DNA of 64,000 nucleotides. Source: Vicugna vicugna (taxonomy: Eukaryota). The translations under genes were made by a program, and so were the position numbers. Shown here one piece after another: positions 13,482 to 25,920 of this stretch. Location of the stretch: NCBI GenBank assembly GCA_013265495.1, contig MU058781.1, positions 7,855,009 through 7,919,008 of the forward strand, given 5' to 3'. Every line of letters begins with the position of its first letter. The stretch's first letter is position 1. The notes below the pieces were generated by a model. It worked only from the letters and a program-made list of their open reading frames with translations, did not search any database and was not told the origin of the DNA.

Positions 13482-14110
13482 TGTGGTAAGAAGAATAATG
13501 GCCCCCCAAAAGATGTCCATACCTCAATCCCTGGAACACTGGATACCCCACCCTGCATGACAAAAGGGACTTGCAGGTGTAATTAAGGACCATAAGAAGG
13601 AGAGACTATCCTCAATTATTAGATGGGTCCAATCTAACCACAAAAGCATTTAAAAGCAGAGAACTTTCCCTGGGTAGCATCAGGGATACTGTAGAAGGGA
13701 AGGTCAGAAAGATTCCAAGTGTGAGGAGGATCTGACACCTCACTGCCGGTCCTGAGATGCAGGGGCCACACACAAGGGTGGCAGAGAGATTGCTAGGAAC
13801 TAAAGGCTGCCTCTGGCTGATGGTCAGCAAGAAACCCTCAAATCCAAAGGCAGCCCTAGGACCACCAGGAACTGAACCTCTGTCGACAACCTGAATGGGC
13901 TTAGACAGTCTTCCCAGAGCCTCCAGAAAGGAACACAGCCCAGCCATCTCTTGATCTCAGTCATGTAAAATGTTAACTAGAGAAACTAGATGAGCCAAAC
14001 CATGTAAACTGCTAACCCACAGAAACCATGATAAAATAAACGAAAAATAGACATTGCTTAAATCACTGAATTTGTGGTTAATTTTTACCGCAATAGAAAA
14101 CACGGAAAAC
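13482..14110 (+). mobile_element. MaLR solo LTR (MLT1D/E-like)
   Basis: tgtggtaagaagaataatggccccccaaaagatgtccatacctcaatccctggaac ... cccagagcctccagaaaggaacacagccc ... gcaatagaaaac. Confidence 0.9.
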
Positions 14111-16202
14111 CACCAACCAAAATAACACATATAAAGATGCTTACTTTATATTTGTAGACCTTATTCTGTATGCACAAGGGTAACTCTTTTCCCCATGACC
14201 TGGAGGAGGCATTCCTCAATGTTAAACTCACCAAATGTAAAGACACTTTCCATAAGGTTAGCCATATCTCTACTCGTGTAAGTGTCAGCAAATTATGATG
14301 GAATGAAACCACTGCTTTGTTCTACTGGCATTTCACCATACGATAGTGGATCTATGTTTTCTGTTAGGTGCCAGATGGCCAGGAATACCAACATACCAAT
14401 CACTTACAGTATCATTTCAAACATGGTGGCAAGTAAAAATTAAGGAATCCCTGCTTTTAAACTGGAGACAAAAAGCTCCATGACCAAATCAAGGTCTGTG
14501 AGTTTTTACCACATGCCTGTTTTAGGATTTTTGTCCCATTGTGAATCTGCACCCTAAATTACATCACCACTGCACAATACTGAAATCACCTTCATTATCT
14601 AGGACACCTTTACCAGTCAGTAAACGGAATTTAAAATACTAAGGTTATGAGCCATGTGTCATTAGAAGTGCCCAATTATATTATGCAAACTTTCCATGGT
14701 GTAAAATCTCCCTAGCTCACATCTGCAAATTGATTTTTAAAAGGACCGTATTTCACCATTTGACATTGGTTTGTATCTGATACCAGGTGGACAGGTAGAG
14801 GAACTTCTTAAGAAATCAAAGCTATTTATCTATAGTTAATGGATTATTTGCTTTAATATAACTTTTTTGAAAGACTTATCATAGATTTCTGCCATCACAC
14901 TGTCTTGGTGACATCACATGCAAACCATCTAGTAATATTTCTGACTGAATGCCAAATGTCTGGAATTTTAGGTCAGGCTATAAGGATGACATAGACAGAC
15001 GAGTTCCTGACGTTTCTTATCAGAGGACACCAAGAATCAATATGCTGCTCAATAATCAAGACCAGGAGTCAATCATTCTGAACTGACTTGCAAATCTTGA
15101 CAGTCTCAGTCAACAGGGAGCTGGAGGTTTATGAGAAAATCCAGCACCTCCTCTGAGAACTTTTCATAATCCCTTTGCTGTTAGGTAGAAAACTGGATTC
15201 CTGCCTCAGGATTGGAGGGTTCCAAGACTGAATTATTAGGTCCAGAACAGAAACTGTCCAGTCTAAGATTCATGCTAATCATTTGCTAATTCAGAATTAA
15301 CCTCTCAAGAAAATTAACTGTAGCCATTCTTCCTGATGAAAGAACTACATTTCTATTCCATCATCAGGCATTAACGTATTTCCAGCAACATCTGCTGAAG
15401 ACCAAGAAGCCAATGTGAAGGCAACACATACACTTAGTTCATTTGAAGTTAAAATGCAGACTCACATGGGGTTTCTCTACTCACAAGCACAGCAGAGACA
15501 ACCTAATTTTTTTTAAAAAGTACAAATTAACTGGTTACAACTTGATGTTACTTTTGGGGAAAGGATTGTATATATGTTAAACAAATACTGCTGGTCAAAG
15601 TTTGTTTGTTTATTTGAGTTCCTGCAGTGAGCTAATTAGCCAAGGACAATCTTGCAGCAAGGAAATTATGAGCTGTTAAATAACTCGGCTTTCATTTTCT
15701 GTTCAGCACTGCACATCAGGTTTAGAGAACCACCTCCTGTAGGTGATAGATCCTGATAAACTTTAACCATTTAAAAAAAAAAAAAAAGAAAAAACCGAAA
15801 AACTGAATGCTTACCCCAAACGAGATATATGAGAGTAAAACAACAGAAGACAGAGATTCTGTTTACAAGCAGTAGGGTCTCGCAGTTCATAAACAGACTT
15901 GGCATACAATTTTACAATGAATGGAATACTTACAGAAATATCATGTCTCTATGGTTTTAACAAGTTCACAGAAATAATTTCTAAGGGACCAGCCCAAATC
16001 TTCTATTATTTCATAATTTTAAAAAATTGTATCACCCATTTCTACACACTTCCAAGGCATGCAATAATTCCAGGTTTAACAGTTATTTTTATAGCATCCA
16101 TTTTAAGTAGGCTTATCACAGAGAAGCAAACACATACTTTAATCAGAATACTCTCAGCTATACTACAGGATAGGTACTTTCCATGGAAGTATTCTATATA
16201 AT

Positions 16203-16388
16203 GTCCCTGTCCGATACTGTGGCCACTAGATTGGTGGCTATTAAATTTAAATTCTTTAAAATTAGAACTTCAGCTCTTCAGCAATACTAGCCACATTTCA
16301 AGCACTCGAGAGGCATGGTGGCTGGTGGGCACCCCTCTGCACAGCACAGAATATTTTACTCATCACAGAGAGTTCTACTGGACTGCAC
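16203..16388 (-). mobile_element. MER3-like hAT-Charlie non-autonomous element
   Basis: ctgtccgatactgtggccactag...ctagccacatttcaagcactc...catcacagagagttctactggactgcac. Confidence 0.85.
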
Positions 16389-17322
16389 ACGGTTGTCACT
16401 GTAATTATGTTTATCCACAAAGAATGATACTTTCTTCACCCAATGTCTTAGCCTTTTTGTACAATTGTAGACTGTAAAGGATATCTGAGAACACGTCTAT
16501 CAGCACATTATTACCTGAGGCAACTAATGCTTAGAAAGCTTTAGGTAACAGAAAGATAATTCGAGGTTTTTATCCAGATTCTGAAGTCCATCTTGCATTG
16601 AAATTTTGAGGCTTCCCGTCACGGACAAGAGTATGGTGGCTGATTGAAATCTAGGGCTCAGGTGATCAGACTTTATCTAGTGTGACAGTGCTGATTGAAT
16701 TGTAATAGCTGCTTGATGCAGGCTCGTGAACTCAGAGAAGAAGTGGTGGTTTGATGTATTAATGATGACTTGCAGGCCGAGCAAGAGCTAATTTTGTGCT
16801 TGCCAGGCATTTTCCATTCCTAAAAGTATTAGCTAGCAACTAATAAGCCCACACAAAGGGGTAAGATGCAGAGGCAGAAAGAAAGCAATTCTGAAGCAGG
16901 TAACAATGTATTTCACATCCCCGGGACTACCTGAAAACCGTTCTTCGGTTTGGGTTCTGTCTCTAGAAGGATACAGATAGACCTCCAGCAATAAAAGGAA
17001 GAACTTTAAATTACACTCTCACACGCTTCCCAAGCCCTGAATAACCTAGTCCACCTTCTCGCCACTCTTTATGAGAGATATGAGTTCCGTCTGGACTGAA
17101 AAAAAAAAAAAACCCTCTTGGGAATGAATCTAAAAAAGTTACTATAAAATAACCTTCCAGGAGAGTCTTTTATGGAGAAAATAAAAGGTCACCTCTCTAA
17201 CTGTGGCTAAAAAATGTGTTTTCCTGAAAATCAGGAGACACATGGAAGGACTTCTTCAAGCCACACGACTCCGCAGTAGTGCCTAGAGAGATTTAGGCAC
17301 TTTCTCATTCTTAGAATCTTAC

Positions 17323-17357
17323 CCATACATTGCAAAAATTCCTAGTGCACCCTGCCC
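17323..17357 (-). other. Candidate 35-nt internal exon (GQGALGIFAMYG or xAGCTRNFCNVW)
   Basis: Minus strand: aattttctag|GGGCAGGGTGCACTAGGAATTTTTGCAATGTATGG|gtaaga; two open frames; lies in a repeat-poor block. Confidence 0.3.
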
Positions 17358-18141
17358 CTAGAAAATTATGTATTATTTTGCTCAGAGGAAATTCAGTCCA
17401 AGATCTGCTCGTCGTCCAATTTCTATTTGGAAGGTTGAACTTTATAAAGCAGATTTCCAAGCTTATCCACCTGAATCTCCTTGTTGCAAACTCGGGTCCA
17501 GCCACTGTGAAGTTACACAGAGGTCGAGCCCAGTTTGAGAGCCTGGGAGCCTTCCTTCTGCACCACTTCTCTATAGAATTTTAGCCAAACTCCCACACAG
17601 AGGGAAAAACAGGTGAATCTATCATTTCCTCTTTGTTAGTCGTGCTCATTGAACATACTGGTTAAAGCCGAAGTCCTTTCAGTGAGCTATGAATTGTTCA
17701 GTCTGTGTGAAGTTGCTTTTCTCTCCCTCTGGGTAACTGAGTATGCCGTCTGAAAACAGAACTTGTTTTTAAAGCATACATTTTGAAGAAGAAATTCTCC
17801 AAAAGACTCAATACATGCTAGAAAATTTGCTTGCTTTGCTATGATCAGGAGGACCACATTGACACAAAAGACTGAGAATTTAAATGGAAAAAATATCTAT
17901 AAGGAAAAGGGTTCAGTTTGGTTCTTTCTGAAATGTTTACATTATTAAATTTTTTTTTTTTGCTCTAAGTTGTGATTTTTACCAGAATTCACATTGGCAT
18001 CGCCCTGGAAATCTTGTTTCAATTAATTTCTTAAGACAGTTCATCCATTTAATGACAAGAGTATCTTTGATGACTCAAGACAAAGTATCAGCAGCAATAT
18101 GGCTGCTGGATAACGGGCTGGGTAAGGGGCTATGCATTAGT

Positions 18142-18236
18142 GGGTTGGGGTATAGCTCAGTGGTAGAGCACATGCTTAGCATACATGAGGTCCCAGGTTC
18201 AATTCCCAATACCTCCATTAAAGGGAAAAAATAAGC
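18142..18236 (+). mobile_element. tRNA-Ala-derived SINE (Vic-1-like)
   Basis: ggggtatagctcagtggtagagcacatgcttagcatacatgaggtcccaggttcaattcccaatacctcca plus A-rich tail; Pol III A and B boxes. Confidence 0.9.
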
Positions 18237-18769
18237 AAAGCTAAACATATATACTACTTATGAAATCAGAGCAAGAGTACACAAAGTGGTTGATACACAG
18301 GCCTTCTCCCAGCCAGACGTTCCAGCGTGCACAAAATGACTCTTTGAGAGTTTAACAGTGTACTTCTAAAAATTAAAAATATTAAAAAAAAACTAGAAGA
18401 AAATATAAGAGTTTTTATAAGCTTGGAGAAGAAAACTAACCAAAAAAATCTACCAAAGGGCAATGGTGAAAAAGAATGTTATCTATCCATTCTATGCAAT
18501 TTTATGCAGCGTCTAAAAAAGAATACAGCAACTACAGATTTATGTGAGGAAACCATCAAACACAATAACAAATATAATACAGCCCCATATAGAAACACAT
18601 ATATGAGAAGTTTATACATAAACTAGAGAATTTCTATGTGAAGAATGCTCTTAACAACATGATACCTGAATGTTCTAATTACTAAGCATTTTGGGCCCAA
18701 CAAATTGTTAAAACAAAAAAGAAAGTATTAATGAATTAACTTGGAAATGCAAGCAGACTGTCCAGCTAG

Positions 18770-18970
18770 TATTTACTGAGAACTTATTATGTAGCAGATA
18801 CTGTGCTAAACATTTCACATTAATTCATTCAATCCTTATACATCCGTCACAAGGCACAATTAATAACGACACATGAGAAAACTAAGATTCAGAGTGGCTT
18901 GCTAATTTGTCCAGACACACAGCTAATAAATGCCAAAGTGGATGCCAGATCTTGTCTGATACCAAATTCT
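18770..18970 (-). mobile_element. MIR
   Basis: atttactgagaacttattatgt...tgtgctaaacatttcacat...atgagaaaactaagattcagag. Confidence 0.75.
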
Positions 18971-19059
18971 TTCTTTTGGAATGAATAGGTAAAAATTATT
19001 TTCTATCAACATGTCAAAGCACCAGTTTATGGAGATTGGTCTCTGCTCAACGACAGTCA

Positions 19060-19150
19060 GATATAGATAGATGGATGGATGGATCGTTAGATAAAGATGT
19101 GTAAATATCTATAGATATAATACATAAATGTCTATAGATATAAGATATGT
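19060..19150. repeat. (GATA/GGAT)n low-complexity tract with a short tandem duplication
   Basis: gatatagatagatggatggatggat; taaatatctatagatataa / taaatgtctatagatataa. Confidence 0.7.
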
Positions 19151-19189
19151 CAATGCCTATCTCCAAGTGCTTGAAAATAAGCATTTAAT

Positions 19190-19400
19190 TCAAGTAAATC
19201 AATGCATGTTGATTGCATACTTTGTATTAGGCACTATGCTAGGTCATAAGAACACAAGTTGAATAAGAGGCTGTCCAGGTCCTCCAAAGTAGCTCAGTCC
19301 AGTAGAGAAGAAAAGCAAATAAATATGTAAACCATATGCCATGCTACACACGATGTAGCCAAAGTTCAAAGTGCATCGAAGTTCAAAGGAGACAGCCTAT
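19190..19400 (-). mobile_element. L2 fragment
   Basis: gcatactttgtattaggcactatgctaggt...agctcagtccagtagagaaga. Confidence 0.65.
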
Positions 19401-20570
19401 TATTTGGGGAATACATGTCATTTAAAAGCCTGTTTAGAAGATTAATTTACTTAGCAAGCTTTTTACCACATATCATTTGGAACAAAATTTTAAGGTAAAT
19501 TTTCACAAATTCCCAGATAGTAGAGTTTTAAAGTTATCATTAATATTAACATCATTAAGGGTATTTCACAAACAACGTGACGCAACCGAAGCATTCTAGA
19601 GGGAAATGTGACTAAGTTATGTAACACAGGTAGACCTTTTTGAGAAACAAAGGGGAGAATGGAGTAACAGCTCTTTTAGTCTTATATTCATGAAATTCTT
19701 CAAAGGGGTTGGATAATAATTTAATTTTCTTCCACTTTGTTTAAATATGTGATAATATTTTGAATATTTAAATATAAATCACAGCATATTAAAATTATAG
19801 TTTAGTAATGATGTTCGGAATACTTAAGATTATAATTAGGTCACAATATACGTAGTTTTCAAAATAAAAACCTGACTGCTGATGAAGTAATAGCATTCAA
19901 AAGCTGATGTTTTCTAAGGAATTTTTAATTAAACTTCTATTATCTTATTCTAAATAAAAGTGGTGGTAGCTCTCCAAAATGGGGTTCACCTTAAGGAATA
20001 TTTTATTAAATTTTTCTCCTTAAGGAATTCTTCATACAGCACTGTGTAAACATACTGGCATACTACCAATGGATAAAAGGCAGGATAATAATTCCTAGTT
20101 TGTACTACTCCAATGGGTCTTTTTTTTGATGAGCAGACTATAGGATTAACCCTTTTCTGCATCTCTGTCCCTTTCTATTTTGTTCCTAACTCAGTGACAA
20201 GTGACACTGGAGTCAAGCCAACCAAGAGGAAAGAAGGGTAAATGGCCACAGAAATAAAAGAAATAAAAAGATAAACAAATCAATTCATTAAAGAAATGTA
20301 AAATAAATAAATAAGAAAGAAAGAAAAGGCCTTAAGAAAACCTTTTAGAGATCAGATAAACCTCTTGATCAATGCAGCTTTGTAGATTTCTTTTAACTTC
20401 ATAAAATAGAGAAAGTCACAACTGTTCTTTTACTGTAATTTGTGTTTCAGATTTAAGTCAGAAACTATCAGGGAATTACTAGAGCTACAAGAGTTGGAAA
20501 TAGGCTTTTCATGGAGTCATTTTATCTGTAATGTGTGAAAGCTAAACTTGGTCATCTTTAAGGTCCAGCA

Positions 20571-20677
20571 TGGTAGAGTGCATGCTTAGTATGCACAAGG
20601 TCCTGGGTTCAATTCCCAGTACCTCCTCCAAAAATATATAAATAAATAAACATAATCACTGCCTCCCCCCTCCAAAA
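20571..20677 (+). mobile_element. 5'-truncated Vic-1-like SINE
   Basis: tggtagagtgcatgcttagtatgcacaaggtcctgggttcaattcccagtacctcc...aaataaataaacataatcactgcctccccc. Confidence 0.88.
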
Positions 20678-23600
20678 GGACTGTCTATTCATATATGTTG
20701 AGAGTGTTTTCCTTCTTTATGCAAGAGATTATATAATTGTAGGCATTTTAACTTCTCCTATCTTCCTAAAAGAATTAGATAAATGAGCTCCTAACCTAGT
20801 AGAAGATTTAGAAGATTATTTGGCATATTCCTAACACTTTCTGAGTGCCTAATAAGATAATGAATTAAGCAAAATACAGTAAAGACATGATAAATAAGCC
20901 AGTGTTTGTGAATTGGTGAAGCACACAGCAACCTAGGATTTACTGTTTGAGAAAAAAGCCAAGACAGGCCCTCTTCCCACCCTTTCATCTATAAATAGGA
21001 AGGTATATAAATGCATAAATATTCGTATATCTCAAATATGTACATTGAAGAAAGGTAGGAAACAAATGAAACAAACTGTCAAGAGCAGTTACCTCTGAGT
21101 GGTGTAACTACAGACAATCGTTATTTTCTTCCCTATTTTTTATGCACTCCTTAAATTTCCTGTTACTTGCAATCAGAAAAAAAGTATTTTGATACCACTA
21201 ATTTTTTTCTATTAATAGCCCCCTGGATGTGTTCTGCTTGAAATGTTTAGCAAGAAAAAATGTTAAATAATTTTAGCATACAGGAACATTTATGACCTAA
21301 GAGCCTAGGAGGAAGAAATATGAGAAGTTCGGTCTAAATATAGAAAAGCTGAGTTCACACGCCACAGACGGGGCGTCCAGAACAGCAACAGCAGCAACAA
21401 AACGTATTCTGGTCAGAAGTGATGGTTAGTGAGCACAGTTTACATTGTACAGTTCATAGCAAGAGACTGTGTTCTGCTAACTTTGCAAGACCTATTCATC
21501 ATATCCATCCTGGTGACAAAGACTGCGTCTAGGCCTGAACGCTGCGGTGGTTCAATCACTGTTACACCCACATGGTCATGTCTGTCACATGAGACTCCGG
21601 ACTCCTGGAGGCGACAGTAACATTCCTGCATGCCTCTTCATTTTATTAACCCATTGATACTATCTTTCATTCTGGGATGAGAATGGCTGAATGGCAAGGG
21701 TGACTGTTTACTGTGGGAGGGGAAAAAAACACTTCCAACATGGCAGTAAAGAGCACCCCGTTCCTTCTCGTTCTTTGCGTTAAGTGTGTGTTACTGAGGC
21801 TTACCTTACCTGTGTTTAATAGGATTCCTTCATATTCTCTCCATGAAGCCAGAGATGTACATATTAAACATCGGAGTTTCTGACAGCTTCTCCTTCCCTA
21901 GGGCAAGATTGCTCAACTAATAATAACTAAGATACCTTTTGACAAGTGCAGCTAAGAGCTGGTAAGGCTTAGTCAATCTACATCAGCCTTGCTGGCACTT
22001 TCTTTCCATTTCAGACCTGCATTGCCTTGAATGATGGAAAGTGGAGAATGACTGAAGCAGCTAGAAAATCCAAGAGGTGTTGTAGGTGGATCAGGCCAGG
22101 AGGGTTAGTGGGGAGGAATGCAAAACCTGACTCATATTGATCAGAGGATGGAAAATACTTTTTCCAACAACAATTGCAGCTGAAACCCATAAATTAGATG
22201 ATTGAAGTAATAAGACACGTGAAATGGCTTTTAAGTCCACTACCCACTCTGTGTAATAAATTTCAAATGACATGGAGGCTTTTAGTGGAGAGGATGATTT
22301 ATTGCCATCTGCGAGACGGGAGCTTTCAGGGATTATCTCTAAAGTGGCAAAACACTATTCCAAATTTCACAAAATTAGCGAAGCTTAGTGAAGCTTGGTG
22401 ACTGAACTGACAAGCAAGCTCAAAAAAATTAATGGAACAAAAATACTGCAAATGTGCACTCTCACATACCAATACTGACGTGTATTATCTCCCCCCCAAA
22501 AATTCAAATTAACATTAAATGAAAATCTCCTTTTATTTGTTAGAAACATTCCTGAGAATATTTGATTATTTAAATTATTTTTAATATGTGAGTATATCCC
22601 AAAATGATGCATAGAAAAGTATAAATATATTCCAGCTCACTTTCAGCATGGGATGGACTAAATCCCAAATTGGCTGAACTTTTCTTGCCTCAGGTAACAC
22701 CGTCCATGATTCCTTCACTCAGGAAGACCCGAGACAGTGCAACCATGAACTGCCCGAAGAAGGGATGGACACAGCTCATGGAGCTCACCTAACATCTTGG
22801 TCTTTTCAACAAAACTGTGATTAGGCAACTCAGGTAAAGTCTGAGGAGTTCTTACAAAAATACATTACTTGCCAAGCAGAAGTAGGGAGAAAAACGACAG
22901 AGGAATCTGAGGACTCGGACAGGTAGGCACAGGGTGATGCCATGAAATCCGAGACCTGGGAGGATTTTTCCAAATCTGGGATCTGTCTCATCTCACGCTT
23001 TCCTCCTGGCCTTGAAGTCTTTCTCTTCTAGCCAGTTTGCAAAGACTGGAAACGTTAGAAATCGAGAAGTGTGCTTTGTCTGCAAACAGCAGGCATTCAT
23101 TGTCAGAATGTTTGGATTCCAAATGTGCAGTGATTCCAGATTTTCTTTCTTTTTTTTTTTTTATCCTGACCCAGCACCTGGCTATCAAGAGGGAGCAACA
23201 GTAGGCTTACACACATTTTGTCCCCTCCAGCTCCACTCTTCCCTTCGTTAACCATGAGTCCTCTCACCTCCACAGGACATTTACTCAATTCTGACTAATT
23301 GGCACCCATGAATTAACCATTTCTAGTACCTCCTTGTTTTCCTTCTGTGTCACATATTTTACCACCAGAGACTCAGATTTCATTATTTCACCTGTCAAGA
23401 CTACAGTGTAAGAAAGGAAATGTTTTGGATATTCGCACAGTCTCTTTTCCCCCCCTTCTCTACATTTAATAGAACTGTATTCCAACTTTTAATGATTTCT
23501 CAATTACACTAAGATAGAAAAATAGCATAAAAAAGTGCCTCTTTCAGTTCACATAATTAAAATGAGTATCTTCCTTAGACAATTTGCAAGTTGCCAATCT

Positions 23601-24160
23601 GAGAACCGTACAGGGTTTAATTGTTACTAAGTGGTAGGACTAATGACTAAAGTGGGAGAGAACTGTACAGTTTAACATTACATCTTTCTTTAAGTCCTCT
23701 TCATATAAACAAATTCTTCCTACAAATGATAATTAATGATTACAAGCCACGAAACACATTACATTTGAGGCAGTCAGTGTCTTCAAATATGGCAAAGCAT
23801 ACTCTGCCATTAATCAGTTACTAAGATGCCCTGCCTTACAGAATTAAGACCTGAATATCAAATACATCAGTTTTTCAACGTTTTCATTTGCACTAAATCT
23901 GAAGATGAAGAGAAGTGGTTCTCATCAGAAGAAATGAAATGTTCCTCAAGCAAGCAGACTCATAATTTTACAGACATGGAGAAGTATTTCAGTCAAGGAT
24001 GGGCTCCCAAAACCCTGTGATCTGCATTCAGAAATGAATTAGTGACTTAATGTTTTCTCCGTTTCTGAGTTAACTGAAAGACCAGGAACACTGAACCTCA
24101 CTAAAGACACTATTCAAAAAATAATATAACTTATTGTAAAGTGGTTCTTTCTTGGAACTC

Positions 24161-24790
24161 TGTTCTAATTATTTATTGCTACACCTCAAACCACTCTGCA
24201 AAGTTAGTGATATAAAAATAGCAACCATTTTATTATTGTCATGGATTCTGTGGGTCAGGATTTCAAACAGAGCACAGTGAGGATGACTGGTCTCTGCTCC
24301 AGGCCGTCTGGGACCTCAGCTTGGAAGACTCCAGTGGGTTGGGGGAAACTCAGCTGGTTGGGGGTTGGAATCATCTGGAGGATCCTTCACTCACATGTCT
24401 GGTGCTGGAGTCAGAACGACCCAAAGGCTGGGCTTGGCTAGGTCTCTCCACCAGCATGCCTCCATGGAGTCTTTCCATGTAGCTTGGGCTGATCACAGCA
24501 TGGTAGGTGGATTCCAGAAAAAGCCCCCTTAGATGGAAAATCTGGTAAGTGAGTATTCCAGGAGACCAAGGCTGACACAGCTTGGCCTTTTCTGGCCCAG
24601 CATCAAAAGTCACACAGCTTCACTTCTGCCAAGTTCTGTTGGTTACCAGTGGGTACTGAAGGCCAGCCAAGCTTCAAAGGGAATGCTTGAGCCTCTTCCC
24701 CTTGATGGGAGAGTTTCGAGGCCACATTGTTGAAGGACATGTGGGATAGAAGATATTGTTGAAGCTATTTTTGGAAATAAAATCTGTCAC
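24161..24790 (-). mobile_element. MaLR LTR (MLT1G/H-like)
   Basis: caaccattttattattgtcatggattctgtgggtcaggatttcaaacagagcacagtgaggatg...ctgggacctcagcttggaagactc. Confidence 0.8.
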
Positions 24791-24939
24791 AACAAGGAAA
24801 GAGGAGGATGGAATACAAAATGCATTTAGCATCCTTTATATGCCATTGTCAATGCGAGGCAATATACACATCATGACATTGGGTTACCAACTATTTCATG
24901 TTTCAGTCCTAGCACTTGCCATATTGTATGGAAAATATC

Positions 24940-25225
24940 TGTTTTTAATCTGTTTCGCCTACTAGTTGGCAAATTCCTCCAGAGCAAGAATTCCATTTTA
25001 ATCTGATCCACATGTTTCTGGCATGTAAAAGATGCTCAAGTATTTGTAAAACAAAAAATTATCTCTGCAATTATTCATTATTAATTATGTAGTAACTATT
25101 CATTTATATGTGTTTTCTCTGCTGAATTCTCTGCCTCCTGCTGACTCAGACTTTGTCTTAGCTCCAAAACGTAACAATCTGCCTGGCCCAGAGTAGGCTC
25201 TCAATAAGCATTTATGAAACTGAAC
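24940..25225 (+). mobile_element. Two L2 3' fragments
   Basis: cctactagttggcaaattcctccagagcaaga; tgcctggcccagagtaggctctcaataagcattt. Confidence 0.6.
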
Positions 25226-25356
25226 TAGTCTTTTTTTTTTTTTTTTTGAGATGGCTCCACTACGTGGAAACCAATAATAGATGTGGTGTGATGCTAAAAT
25301 TTAACTTCATTCATGATCCTATAATAGAGACCAAAAGAACAGAGACCTTCTTGCAC

Positions 25357-25447
25357 GGAGGGGTACAGCTCAGTGGCAGAGCACGTGCTTAGCTTGCACA
25401 AGGTCCTGGGTTCAATGACCAGTACCTCCATTTGAAAAAAAAAAAAA
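25357..25447 (+). mobile_element. Vic-1-like SINE with poly(A) tail and degenerate TSD
   Basis: ggaggggtacagctcagtggcagagcacgtgcttagcttgcacaaggtcctgggttcaatgaccagtacctcca plus poly(A); flanks ccttcttgcac / acttcttttac. Confidence 0.9.
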
Positions 25448-25459
25448 GTACTTCTTTTA

Positions 25460-25920
25460 CTGTATTGCTTCAAAACAAACCACTTCAAAAGCTACTGACT
25501 TGAAACAATGAATGTTTTATTTTATTATCACCTGAGATTCTGTATGTTAACGAGGCAGTTCTCATACTGGCTGGGCTGGTAGTTATCTGAGGGCTCACTT
25601 GATTTGGAACCACCAAGATGACTGCCATGGCTCAGATGGGCAACCAGCAGGAATGCCTGCACACCACCACTCCCAGTGGCTTGAGCATCTCAGATCATGA
25701 GACCTGGGTTCTGAGAGGGAGTATCCAAGAGCAGGAATTCCAAGAGAGAAGAAATAAAAGCTGTCAGTCTTCGTAAAAGCTAGACTCACAACTGCCCAAG
25801 CATGACTTAGGCCATATTCCATCTGCTAAATCTTCACAGCACACATTCAAGGGTAGTGAAGATAGGTTTCAGTCTCAGAGGGGAATGTTCAAGAATGTAC
25901 AGTCACCTTTAACCACCACA
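25460..25920 (-). mobile_element. MaLR LTR (MLT1H/J-like)
   Basis: accacttcaaaagctactgacttgaaacaa...tattatcacctgagattctgt...ggcttgagcatctcagatcatg...ttaaccaccaca. Confidence 0.7.

Noticed and set aside
14403..14450. Minus-strand Kozak GCCACCATG followed by gtaagt
   Set aside because: The nearby acceptor is poor (aaaagcag), there are no promoter features, and the peptide is only about 5 codons.
18142..18217. tRNA-Ala gene
   Set aside because: Mismatched stems, an A-rich tail and sibling copies nearby indicate a SINE.
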